Assembly (NCBI GenBank): GCA_016291695.1
Contig: JAEEYG010000074.1
Location: 17,561 to 49,560 of the forward strand
Direction: 5' to 3'
Origin: Clostridia bacterium
GTDB lineage: Bacteria > Bacillota > Clostridia > TANB77 > UBA1234
DNA length: 32,000 bases
Part shown: in pieces, positions 1-9,140 of the stretch
How positions within the stretch are numbered: position 1 is the first letter of the stretch
Layout: each line of letters starts with the position of its first letter
Notes under the pieces: generated by a model
What the model saw: the letters and a program-made list of their open reading frames with translations, nothing else
Database searches by the model: none
What the model was told of the DNA's origin: nothing
Made by a program: the position numbers and the translations under genes

Positions 1-1
1 A

Positions 2-1867
2 GCAACAGTTAATTTTTCTATGATTGGTGGTACATCCGACATTCTATTTAAGAGAGTAGAGTATCCTGGAAAAGTAGTAAAATATGAAATAGTTAATATT
101 CACACAGATGCTGGTTCTAAGTTAGTTGCTGGCACAATCAAAGAACTTAAAGAAGATGGCATTTCATTTGCAAATCCTACCAGATTAAGTTCGGGTGCAG
201 ATTATGCATTTGTTTACCAGTATCTAGACAAAGATAAAGAAGATAGAGTTGTTTCAATTAACACTAGTAACTTCTGCTTAGTAAAAGAAGTTAAAATCGA
301 ATCAGAAAAAGAAGAGAGTAAAAGTAGTAGCAGCAAAGACGATAAAAATGATGAAAGCAAATCACATAGTTCAGTAAGTAATCCATATGAGGATGATAGA
401 ATTAATTACAGATATGATAAGGACGATCCAACGATAGTTAGGACTATTTTAGTTAATCCTGATTCAGCAAATGGATTTGAAATTCCGGATGGTGCAGTAC
501 TATTCCGCGACAACCAAAGAGTAGAGTGGGGCACGCTTAAGAAGGGTGACTTGCTAGTTGAAGTTACAAAAGATAAGTATTACATGATTATGAACCTTAC
601 TCAGGTACAAGAAGTATTCATGGGATATGATTCTAGCTATGTTATTAAAACTGAGAACTTAAATTATCAAGCATATAAAGAAACAATGTTTACAAACTAT
701 ACTACTACCCAGACAAAGCTACTTGAGAAATTATCAAAAGATGAAATAAACAGCATGGTTGGCAAAAAGGTAATGCTTTTAGTAGATTTCACAGATAGAG
801 TTATCGAGATGGATTTAATTGAAGACGAAGTTGTTACAGGTGACTTTAATGTGGGATTTTTTGAAAGCTTTTTGACGCAAAAGGAAGATGGCGGAAAATA
901 TGCATCGTTTACGCTTAATGTTGAAGGCAAGTTAAAAACATATAAAACTACTCTTAAAACATTGAATTTACCAAAAGGCACACTTGTTTCATTTACTTAT
1001 GATGACAAACTTCCAGATGTAGTTAAAACAGTTGCAGAGATAAAGAGTAATGTTAATCTTTCAGAAAAAATAAAATTGACTACACTATCGTATAAAGACT
1101 TAATTGATGAGCTTGGTTATTTTGATGATGATGAAATTCGAATTATTAAGGCAACTTATCATTATGAGTATGGTGATTACGAGAAGCCAAAAGGATATGA
1201 TGCAAAAGTAATTAGTATTGCAGATGCAAAAGAACTAGATGAAAACGACGTTAATTGCGTCGGAATAATGGATGTTAATAAGGTTTATAAAATCTTTATA
1301 ATTAGAGATTATAGTGAGAAAAATGAAATTTACTATGGATTAGTTACCAAGATTTATTCTCAAAAATCAAAAGACAGCGAAAAGAAAAGAATTCAAATAG
1401 CAGAGTCTTACAAAAAGGTTCATGATTATTCAATCGAAGAACCACTTAATTGCAAAGAAGGCGAGTTTGTTTCATACATTCTCCCAGACAAGGAAGTTGC
1501 TAAGATAAAAGAAAAATACACAACAGATGTTATGGGTTATAAAAAAGACCTATTTGTTACATCAGTTAATCGCAAGAGTAAAGATAGTTCTTCAGCAGTA
1601 TTGTCGTATGGACTTAACAAATCAGGGAAGTTAGATATGGAGAAGCTAGTTGCTACATACGATGGAGAAGAGTATAAACTAAGCGATTACAATATTTTCC
1701 TAATCAAGGTTGTAAAAGACGAAAATGGCAATTGGAAATTTGAAACGTCATCATATGTTAAATCAAATGAGATTAAACTTAATTTAGATGATGGACTTGC
1801 ATTTAATGAAATTGATAATACTTTGATAATATACAGAGGATATAAACCAGAAGTTAAAGAGGAATAA
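2..1867 (+). CDS. Hypothetical protein (at least 615 aa), probably 5'-partial at the window edge
   Basis: ORF 20..1867. The same frame is open back to base 2 and there is no SD before ATG 20, so the start probably lies upstream of the window. No family recognised. There is a Ser/Lys/Asp-rich low-complexity tract (SKSSSSKDDKNDESKSHSS). The TAA stop is 8 nt before the next gene's start. Confidence 0.6.
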   Translation, partial: ATVNFSMIGGTSDILFKRVEYPGKVVKYEIVNIHTDAGSKLVAGTIKELKEDGISFANPTRLSSGADYAFVYQYLDKDKEDRVVSINTSNFCLVKEVKIESEKEESKSSSSKDDKNDESKSHSSVSNPYEDDRINYRYDKDDPTIVRTILVNPDSANGFEIPDGAVLFRDNQRVEWGTLKKGDLLVEVTKDKYYMIMNLTQVQEVFMGYDSSYVIKTENLNYQAYKETMFTNYTTTQTKLLEKLSKDEINSMVGKKVMLLVDFTDRVIEMDLIEDEVVTGDFNVGFFESFLTQKEDGGKYASFTLNVEGKLKTYKTTLKTLNLPKGTLVSFTYDDKLPDVVKTVAEIKSNVNLSEKIKLTTLSYKDLIDELGYFDDDEIRIIKATYHYEYGDYEKPKGYDAKVISIADAKELDENDVNCVGIMDVNKVYKIFIIRDYSEKNEIYYGLVTKIYSQKSKDSEKKRIQIAESYKKVHDYSIEEPLNCKEGEFVSYILPDKEVAKIKEKYTTDVMGYKKDLFVTSVNRKSKDSSSAVLSYGLNKSGKLDMEKLVATYDGEEYKLSDYNIFLIKVVKDENGNWKFETSSYVKSNEIKLNLDDGLAFNEIDNTLIIYRGYKPEVKEE

Positions 1868-1875
1868 AAAAGAAG

Positions 1876-2749
1876 TTGAAGTACAAGAATTATTATAAGA
1901 TATTGGACCTTAAAGGTCCTAAGGTTACTGATGATGAAATCAAAATTGCATACAGAAAACTTGCAAAGAAATATCATCCCGACATTAATCCGGGGGATGT
2001 TGCGGCGCAAGAGAAATTCAAAAACATTAATGAAGCCTATGAAGTACTTGGAAGTAAAAAAAGAAAAAGCAGATACAACGTTAGATATTACATGCATATA
2101 ATGCAAAATGGAGTTGATGTATCATCCATAAAAGATACAATTAGTAAGGTAACTACGTCAGATTTTGTTAAGATTTTCGTTGGTGATGTCGATAAAAAAG
2201 CCGACGGTAAAGATAAATCTAAAAAGGAGTTTTTAAATGTAGAAGTTCCAATTTCTTTATCTTTAGATGAAGCTTTTAATCGGAGTAACAAAGAAGATAG
2301 TAATAAAACCTCATGGCGAAGAAGAAAAAAGTGTTTCGGTAAAAGTTCCACGAGGAGTTACCTCTGGGACAGTTATAAAGCTTAATGGTGAAGGAAAGCA
2401 TAGTAAATTATCTGGTGAAAAAGGTGATATGCTATTAAATATTAAAGTCACAGAAGATGAACGATACGAGCTTAAAGGCAATGACTTGTATAAGGATGTA
2501 ACTATTAGTTATCTGGACGCCATTTTGGGGGCTGATTTATCGGTTGAATCAATAGACGCCAAATATAAACTTAAAGTTTCGCCTGGGACACAACAGGGGC
2601 AGGAAATTTTAATAAAAGATGCTGGATTTATTAACAGAAGCGGCTTGAGAGGCAATCTGATAGCAAGAATTAATATAGAAATACCACAGAAAATTACCGA
2701 AAAAGAAAGAGAGTTATATACAGAACTTAAGGCAATTCAATCATACTAA
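1876..2749 (+). CDS. J-domain co-chaperone, CbpA/DnaJ-like (no zinc-finger region). It needs a +1 shift at CGG 2281-2283. A standard pipeline would call it split or a pseudogene.
   Basis: TTG start at 1876 after an AAGAGGA SD. The J domain (YYKILDL, KLAKKYHPDINPGD with HPD, NEAYEVLG) is in ORF 1876..2385. The DnaJ C-terminal domains (VKVPRGVTSGTVIKLNGEG, GDMLLNIKV, ISYLDAILGADLSVESID, GNLIARINIEIP) are in ORF 2267..2749, which is the +1 frame. Joining at AAT-[C]-GGA gives ...SLDEAFN-GVTKKIVIK..., the typical start of CTD-I, for 290 aa in total. Confidence 0.75.
2281..2284 (+). other. Putative +1 recoding site: AAT CGG A read as Asn-Gly
   Basis: In-frame CGG at the exact point where J-protein homology moves to the +1 frame. 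This is not a homopolymer context. Confidence 0.55.
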
Positions 2750-2768
2750 TTCACTACTATACTTTATG

Positions 2769-2797
2769 TTGACTAAGCAGGCTCAATATGCTATAAT
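2769..2797 (+). promoter_or_regulatory. Sigma-A type promoter TTGACT-17 nt-TATAAT with a TG extended -10
   Basis: TTGACT lies at 2769-2774, followed by a 17-nt spacer ending in TGC, then TATAAT at 2792-2797. It sits in the 90-bp gap upstream of the 2840 gene. Confidence 0.6.
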
Positions 2798-2839
2798 TAA
2801 TTGATGGTAGACGTAGTGAATAGAAAAGAGGAGTTTTTT

Positions 2840-3358
2840 ATGGGACTATTTGATAGTAGTAAGAATTTTTCTGTAATGGATAGCTATGGAACCAATACCC
2901 TTGCCTTTCAGGTAAATACGACTATTGAGGACGGAATTGAGATTTGCTCGCTAGAAAAACTTAAATCTTTTATAGAGCAAGTTGAGACTGGATTTAAGAA
3001 AACATTCTTCTTTAACCCAGAACCTGAAGATGGTGAGAGAAAAGAAGTCATTTTCTTAACTTTAAAGCCAGGTGAGGCTGTTCTTAATGGAGCAGAGTAC
3101 CTAGATGGGCAACTTAATATAGGCAAAAAGCCAGATTCAATTAAGTACTCAAGGCTTAAAGCACAGGGTGACACGGTTGAATACAGAGAGTTTAAATATT
3201 CACCAAACTTCAAAAGGCCAATTACTATAATTGACCCTGAAATTGGTGATGAAGTTACGCCTACTGTATTTTTTGATACTGATTCAAAAGAGATTAAAGC
3301 AAAGATTAAATTATTACCATACAAGTACTATATAGCACTTGAAGTTGAGAGAAGTTAG
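2840..3358 (+). CDS. Hypothetical protein (172 aa)
   Basis: ATG 2840 is preceded by AAAGAGGAG at about 8 nt. It lies within ORF 2801..3358. No family recognised. Confidence 0.65.
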   Translation: MGLFDSSKNFSVMDSYGTNTLAFQVNTTIEDGIEICSLEKLKSFIEQVETGFKKTFFFNPEPEDGERKEVIFLTLKPGEAVLNGAEYLDGQLNIGKKPDSIKYSRLKAQGDTVEYREFKYSPNFKRPITIIDPEIGDEVTPTVFFDTDSKEIKAKIKLLPYKYYIALEVERS

Positions 3359-3377
3359 AAATAAGGAGGAGTTTATT

Positions 3378-3533
3378 ATGGGAAAAACTACTAAGACAAA
3401 AGGTGGAATTATGTTTGCTGACAAAGATGGAATGAAGATTTCTAAAGAGTCTAAGTTAAAGGCATATGTTGAAGTTCCAGAGGATTTAAAGCATAATATC
3501 GCTAAGAAAAACACCAAGGACCTTGAAAAATAG
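3378..3533 (+). CDS. Small Lys-rich hypothetical protein (51 aa)
   Basis: ATG 3378 is preceded by AAGGAGGAG. Its initiation region is nearly identical to that of the 2840 gene. It lies within ORF 3339..3533. Confidence 0.5.
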   Translation: MGKTTKTKGGIMFADKDGMKISKESKLKAYVEVPEDLKHNIAKKNTKDLEK

Positions 3534-3579
3534 TCTTTTAGCTATTTAGGCATCTTTTAACAAAGGAGGAAACCATTCT

Positions 3580-5707
3580 ATGAAAAGATGGTTTGAGCAA
3601 AGGTATAGATTAATAATCTTTATGGGGATAGTATTTGTAGTACTAGCCCTATTTTTGGTTACTGCCATTACAAATGACTCCATAAAATACATTCTACAGA
3701 AAAACGAATCTGAAATGGCAAGCACGGAGAAAGTTGAATTTGAAGACTTGTCTCAGGATAAAAGGAACTTAATTGATAGATTTTCTGGCATAGTTAATGG
3801 AAGCGCTTTCAAAGATATAGGAGAAAACTTTAAAGCATCATTTACCAATTTTAGCCTGTATGCAGAGGTACTTAAAAACTTTAGTATGTTTTATTGGATT
3901 GGAACGTTGTTACTTCTATTATTCATGAAAACAGATAAAGAGTATAAAGGCAGGGAGCATGGTAGTGCAGACTGGGCAACAGGAGGAGAAGAGTACGAGG
4001 TTTTAGATAGAAAAGAAGGATTTGTATTAGCTAAAGACCACTACTTGCCTGTTATTCCAACTCCGCCTACAGGAAAGAATGGAAACATCCTTGTAATAGG
4101 TGGTTCACGGAAGTGGTAAATCAGCATCTTACGCTATTCCAAATGCACTTCAAATGTTAGGTTCCTACATATTTACAGACCCTAAAGGAGAACTATATGA
4201 TAGAACAGCTGGCATACTTAAAAAGAATGGATACAATATTCACGTTATAAACCTTGCTGATCCTAAATATAGTGATGGATACAACCCTTTATCACATATT
4301 AGAAACACAACAGACGTAGATATTATTACAAAGATTATTTCAAAGAAAGATGATAAAGGCGGTCAAAAAAGTGCTGACCCATTCTGGGATCAAACTTCAG
4401 AAGCACTTTTGAAAGCTATGATTTATTACATCATGTTCAATAGACCAAAAGAAGAACACAGCTTAGCAAGCTGCGCAGCATTAGTTAGACTTGGAGCAGA
4501 AAACGAAGGCGAAGACTTGATGGATATATTTAAGGCTCTTCCATTCGACAATCCTGCAAGGCGTGCTTTTGATACAATCAGGTTAGGTAGTGAAAAAACA
4601 TTCTCTAACATCCTAGTATCACTTGCAGCAAAGCTTGAGGCTTTTGACTCAGAAGAGATTGCGGCGCTTACTTCTTGTAATACAATAACGTTTGAAGACT
4701 TGGCGAAAGAAAAATCTGCTGTATACTTTATTACTCCTGAAAGCCATGGAACATATGACTTCTTAATGAACATCTTCTTCTCACAGTTGTTCCAAAGGTT
4801 ATATGAATTTGGTGATCAAAATGGTGGAGCACTACCAATTCCAATGTTTCTAATTCTAGATGAGTTTGCAAACATTGGTAGAATTCCAAACTTTGAAAGA
4901 ATACTATCTACTTGTCGTTCAAAGAAATTACATATTAGTATTATCTTACAGAGTATCGACCAGCTAGAAGAAATATATGATGAAAAAGTTACTCAAACTA
5001 TCATGGCTAACTGTAGTACACAATTATTCTTAGGTAGTAACGCTCAAAAGACTCTAGAAACCTTCTCTAAACTATTAGGTGAGAAGACAATTTCGCACGA
5101 TAATGATTCTTTGAGTACAGATAAAGACAACAAGAAGTCAGGACATAGCTATTCAGAGCAGATTATGGCAAGAGCTCTTATGACCCCTGATGAATTAAGA
5201 AGAATGGATACTGACGATTGTATCATCTTCATACAAGCTATGAAGCCTATTTTAACAAAGAAATACTGGTATTATCCTAAGGTTAAGTGGAAGTTCTTAT
5301 GGATTAAGAGTAGAGTAAAACCTCATCCACTATACGAAGAAGCAAAAGCATCAGAGATAAATCACTTGTCTTTAGGAGAGCAAAAGAGAGAAGCATTTGT
5401 TATTTCAGATCCATCAAAATGGCTTGATAATGGCGGAGTAAGTGATTTAGATGATATCTGGAACTTATCTGTAGATGCTGGAACTTCTAGTTCAAAGGAT
5501 ACATCTTATTCTGCAGATAATAGTGGCATATCGACCTCTACTTCAAAGCCTGAACCAAAAAATGTTGTAGTTGATGACTATAGTGTTTCTGAAAAGCCGT
5601 CATCTAATGCATCGGGTGAAACGGATGATTTCAATTATGATATTATGGCAGAGATTGATAAGAGATTTGCTGAATTATTTGGAAGTGGAAACAATAGTAA
5701 TGATTAG
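3580..5707 (+). CDS. Type IV secretion coupling protein (VirD4/TraG/TcpA family ATPase). It needs a +1 shift at CGG 4108-4110.
   Basis: ORF 3580..4119 carries the N-terminal TM helices and an HGSADWA motif. ORF 4100..5707 is in the +1 frame. Joining at TCA-[C]-GGA restores the Walker A motif LVIGGS-GSGKSAS. A Walker B-like FLILDEFANIG follows. The C-terminal tail is Ser/Asp-rich. Total 708 aa, with an AAAGGAGG SD before ATG 3580. Confidence 0.8.
4108..4111 (+). other. Putative +1 recoding site: TCA CGG A read as Ser-Gly, inside Walker A
   Basis: In-frame CGG. The 0 frame stops two codons later (TAA 4117-4119). An SD-like AGGTGG ends 4 nt upstream. Confidence 0.55.
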
Positions 5708-5715
5708 TTGTTATT

Positions 5716-5738
5716 GGGGCTTTTAAGCCCCTTTTTTA
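5716..5738 (+). terminator. Rho-independent terminator after the coupling-protein gene
   Basis: GGGGC-TTTTAA-GCCCC hairpin followed by TTTTTT, 9 nt after the stop codon. Confidence 0.6.
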
Positions 5739-5784
5739 TACATTGTTTGAGAGAAAAAGAATTAGTTTGAAATGGAGAATAGTA

Positions 5785-6832
5785 ATGAGATTTGTTCATA
5801 TAGCGGATATTCATTTTGACACACCTTTTGAGAATTTAAAAGGCAAGGATGCTCTTAGGGAAGAAAGAAAAAAGGAGCAGACTGAAGCGTTTGACAAAGT
5901 AATTGAATATGTGAAGAATAATAAGATAGAGACTTTGTTTATTTCCGGTGACATTTTTGAACAAGAGAGAGTAAAAGTTGAAACAGTAAAGTATATAATA
6001 GCAAAATTAGAAGAGATTAAGGAAACAAAGGTATTTGTAGCACCAGGAAATCATGATCCTTACGTGTCAAATTCGCCTTACAAGATGTTTGAATGGCCTG
6101 AAAACGTTCATTTCTTTGATGGCGAAGTTAAGAAGTTTGAGTATGATGATATAGTAATATATGGAGTAGGATTTGATAAGTTTTTTGTTGAAGAATCGAT
6201 AATTCCAGATATAAAAATCGACAAAACAAAGATAAATATATTAGTTACTCATGGTACATTAAATGGCGGTTCGAAGAAGTACCATGATATAAAGGATATT
6301 GACCTAGAGAAATTTGACTACTGCGCACTACGGACATATACATATGCCAAAAATAGACGAGTCATCAATTATATATCCGGGTAGTATAGCATCAATAGGA
6401 TTTGATGAACCTGGCGAACATGGCATGGTTGTTGGTAATATTTATAAGGATGAAATCGGCAAGTACTGCATTGACTATAAATTCGTCAAGATAGATGTGC
6501 CACAATTTGTTACGGAAGAAATCAATATCACCGATTGCCATACAATTAGTGACGTTGAGGAAAAATTAAATATTGGTAGTGATTATTATAAGATAGTTCT
6601 TAACGGTGATTTTCACGTAGATATCGAACATCTTACGGCGTATTTTCTTGAAAAGTATGATAGAATATGTAGGATAGAAGATAATACAACACCAGAGATT
6701 GATTTGGAGGAACTTTCAAAAGAAGATACCATACGTGGTACATTTGCAAAGCTTATGAAGCAGGAATTAGATGAAGATGATAGTAATAAAAACATTATAT
6801 ATGGCGCAATAGAGTATGTACTTAAAGGCTAA
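5785..6832 (+). CDS. Metallophosphoesterase / DNA repair exonuclease, SbcD family (YhaO-like). It needs a +1 shift at CGG 6331-6333.
   Basis: MRFVHIADIHFD (DxH), GDIFE, GNHDP and THG are in ORF 5743..6384. ORF 6314..6832 is in the +1 frame. Joining at CTA-[C]-GGA restores FDYCAL-GHIHMP (the GHxH motif). Total 348 aa. Confidence 0.75.
6331..6334 (+). other. Putative +1 recoding site: CTA CGG A read as Leu-Gly, at the GHxH motif
   Basis: In-frame CGG exactly where the phosphoesterase homology switches frame. Confidence 0.55.
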
Positions 6833-6841
6833 GGAGTAAAA

Positions 6842-8596
6842 ATGTTTATTAAAGAAGTTCAAGTAAATGGATATGGGAAATTAGCTGACAAAAAGCTTGA
6901 GTTTGATAAAGGTATTAATTTAGTATACGGAGATAATGAATCTGGAAAGTCTACTTTGGCCAGGTTTATTAAATGCATGCTTTTTGGAACTAGCAAGAAT
7001 AAAAATGGTGAAGCTATATCAGAATACGAAGCTTTTAAGCCTTGGGGAAGCCAGACTGCTTACGGAGGCGATATGGTTGTTGAAAGTGAAGGCCATGAGT
7101 ACAAAATCCATAGGGAGTTTCATAAAGGAAAGTTTAGTATTTATGATGAAGCAGATAATGATATTACAAAATCTTTTGAAATAGACAAGTCAAGAGGTGC
7201 TATGGTTGGCGACAAGCTACTTGGAATTGATGAGTTCACATTTCAAAACGTTGCAGTCGTTGGTCAGGGTAAAGTGCGATTAGATTTGCTCTCACAAAAA
7301 GATATTATTCAAAAAATGATAAACTTATCCCAAACAGGAGACGAAGACTTCTCATATACTGACGTTAGAAGAAAACTAGATAGAATACTTCAAGATGAGA
7401 TAGGTACTGATAGGACAACAACCAAGCCAAAGAATATCCTAAAAAAGGAAGTAAAGGCTCTAAAGAGTGCTATACTTGACTTTGACAAGAAAAGAAAAAA
7501 TCTTCAAAGTAGTATTATTAACAACGATAAACTAGCTGAAAGAAAGACCGACATAGTAAAGAAAATCTCTGATAGTAAAAAAGTAATCGAAGTAAAAGAA
7601 CAAACAGAAAAAGAGTATAAGTATGAAAAGGCGAGATATGATGCAAAGCTTGATGTGCAAAGGGAAGAGCAGAGAAATTTTGAAAAGAGCATTAGACTTA
7701 AAAAGATTATAGATAATTCACTCATAATAATCGCAAACATAGTTCTATTAGTATTTACGTTGATATACAACCCGATTTTATCTATTATACCAGTTGTTTT
7801 ATCTTCACTTGCATTAGTATTAAATAATAAGCTCTCATATAGAATCAGTGCTCCTAAAGTTGAGATAGAAGATTTCGATTTGATAATTGCTCAATTAAAG
7901 AAGCAGGAAAGAGAGAAAATTATAAAAGAAGTAGGAGGAGAATCGGCAGAAAAGTATACGGAAGTAGACGTTGACAAGCTAAAGCAAGAAATTGGTATTC
8001 TTGAAAATCAGCTAGATGGGATTAACTATGATATACAAAGAAATACCATAGAGATTAAGAACATGGAGCATGATTTGCTTAAAGAAAAAGAAACTAAAGA
8101 CTTGCTGGCTGACAAATCTATGAAACTTGGAGAACTAGAAGAAAAAGAGAAAATGGTACTACTTGCAATTGAGAAGCTTGATGAAGCATATTCAAAGTAT
8201 AAGATGCAAGTTATGCCAAAGTTTACAGAGTCACTAAGGACTATAGTTTCAAAGATAACAAGTGGAAAGTATACAGACGTAAGATATACAGACAAAAACG
8301 AGATTCTAATTCAAGAAGAATATGGCAATCTAGTTCCTGCAGAAGCATTAAGCTATGGAACTATAGATCAAATGTATATGTGCTTTAGATTAGCAGCGCT
8401 AGACAAGTACAGTTCGGTACCTATAATGCTAGATGAGACTTTTGCATATTTTGATGAAGATCGATTATCAGAAATAATAAAATACATTTCAGAGATAGCA
8501 AAAGATAATCAAGTAATTATTTTTAGTTGTTCGGACAGAGAAGAAAAATTGTTAAAAGATAACAATGTTACATACAAAAAAGTCGAAATGGTTTAG
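6842..8596 (+). CDS. SbcC/Rad50-like AAA ATPase with an internal membrane hairpin (YhaN-like)
   Basis: N-terminal P-loop GDNESGKST. Long Lys/Glu-rich coiled-coil regions are interrupted by a hydrophobic hairpin (IIIANIVLLVFTLIYNPILSIIPVVLSSLALVL). The C terminus has PIMLDETFAYFDEDR (Walker B). An AAGGAG SD precedes the start, which is 9 nt after the SbcD-like stop. Confidence 0.8.
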   Translation: MFIKEVQVNGYGKLADKKLEFDKGINLVYGDNESGKSTLARFIKCMLFGTSKNKNGEAISEYEAFKPWGSQTAYGGDMVVESEGHEYKIHREFHKGKFSIYDEADNDITKSFEIDKSRGAMVGDKLLGIDEFTFQNVAVVGQGKVRLDLLSQKDIIQKMINLSQTGDEDFSYTDVRRKLDRILQDEIGTDRTTTKPKNILKKEVKALKSAILDFDKKRKNLQSSIINNDKLAERKTDIVKKISDSKKVIEVKEQTEKEYKYEKARYDAKLDVQREEQRNFEKSIRLKKIIDNSLIIIANIVLLVFTLIYNPILSIIPVVLSSLALVLNNKLSYRISAPKVEIEDFDLIIAQLKKQEREKIIKEVGGESAEKYTEVDVDKLKQEIGILENQLDGINYDIQRNTIEIKNMEHDLLKEKETKDLLADKSMKLGELEEKEKMVLLAIEKLDEAYSKYKMQVMPKFTESLRTIVSKITSGKYTDVRYTDKNEILIQEEYGNLVPAEALSYGTIDQMYMCFRLAALDKYSSVPIMLDETFAYFDEDRLSEIIKYISEIAKDNQVIIFSCSDREEKLLKDNNVTYKKVEMV

Positions 8597-8686
8597 GGAA
8601 GTACGATTCAAGCTGAAAATAGCCTGCTTTTCTGAAATATAAGACAATAATTTGTAACGAAATTTTAACTTAATATGGATTTTTAT

Positions 8687-8729
8687 AAAAAGTCGTTGGG
8701 GAAAAGATAGCTTCCCTAACGACTTTTTT
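8687..8729 (+). terminator. Rho-independent terminator after the YhaN-like gene
   Basis: AAAAAGTCGTTGGGGA ... TCCCTAACGACTTTTT stem with one wobble, followed by a T-run. Confidence 0.6.
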
Positions 8730-8783
8730 GTAACCATGTTGTTAAAAATGGCTCTAAATAGCATGTTTGAAAGATTCGACATC

Positions 8784-8811
8784 TCGACAAATATTTTTGA
8801 ATTATTATAAT
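8784..8811 (+). promoter_or_regulatory. Candidate promoter TCGACA-16 nt-TATAAT for the giant gene
   Basis: This is a hexamer match only. It would give a leader of about 330 nt. Confidence 0.3.
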
Positions 8812-9030
8812 AAAAACAAAGTACGAACAATTTATGAAGTTCGAGTTCGTACTAAAAGCAGTGTAACGTATGAAAAGCATTGGTGCATGCAGTTTTGGTG
8901 CATCGTAAAGCACGAAAGAGTAAGTAAGAAACAAAAGCAAAAAGGTAAGAACGCACGAAAGAAGAATCTATTAATGTAAAAGTTATAGATTGCTACAAAA
9001 GATGAAAAAAGTAAGTTACAAAAGATGAAA

Positions 9031-9090
9031 GGTGACATGGAGATTATTGGGAATATGAAGTCAGGTATTCCCAATACTTTCCATGTCATC
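9031..9090 (+). promoter_or_regulatory. 60-nt two-tier hairpin in the leader of the giant gene
   Basis: Outer stem GGTGACATGGA/TCCATGTCATC, a 4x4 internal loop, a perfect inner 10-bp stem ATTGGGAATA/TATTCCCAAT and a 10-nt loop. It ends 50 nt before ATG 9141. There is no adjacent T-run, so it is not a canonical terminator. Confidence 0.4.
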
Positions 9091-9140
9091 AAAGGTTACT
9101 ATTAGCGGTTTTTAACATTGATTTTAACTGGAGGGGCCTA

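Noticed and set aside
2281-2283. CGG simply reassigned to another amino acid and read as a triplet.
   Set aside because: Reading CGG as any single amino acid leaves the ribosome in the wrong frame. Homology continues only in the +1 frame. An extra residue would also break the GxxxxGK(S/T) spacing in both P-loops.
2278-2284. A homopolymer-type sequencing indel or transcriptional slippage site explains the frame breaks.
   Set aside because: None of the seven contexts (AATCGGA, TCACGGA, CTACGGA, AATCGGT, TCACGGT, CCACGGA, ACTCGGC) contains a nucleotide run. A motif-specific systematic basecalling artefact cannot be excluded from sequence alone and is listed as the main refutation test.
2801-2839. 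Upstream starts suggested by the ORF track (2801, 3339, 5743, and GTG 31172).
   Set aside because: Downstream ATGs at 2840, 3378, 5785 and 31163 have well-spaced SD sequences. The 2801 start would overlap the -10 region of the promoter.
4098-4111. prfB-like mechanism with P-site tRNA re-pairing and an SD stimulator.
   Set aside because: The P-site codons cannot re-pair in the +1 frame. Only the 4108 site has an SD-like AGGTGG nearby, so this is not a shared feature.
8552-9092. Small ORFs on both strands in the giant-gene leader (8552..8830-, 8716..8940-, 8767..8979+, 8832..9092-).
   Set aside because: They overlap one another, lack SD sequences, have odd composition, and overlap the terminator and hairpin elements. 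They are treated as non-coding leader.
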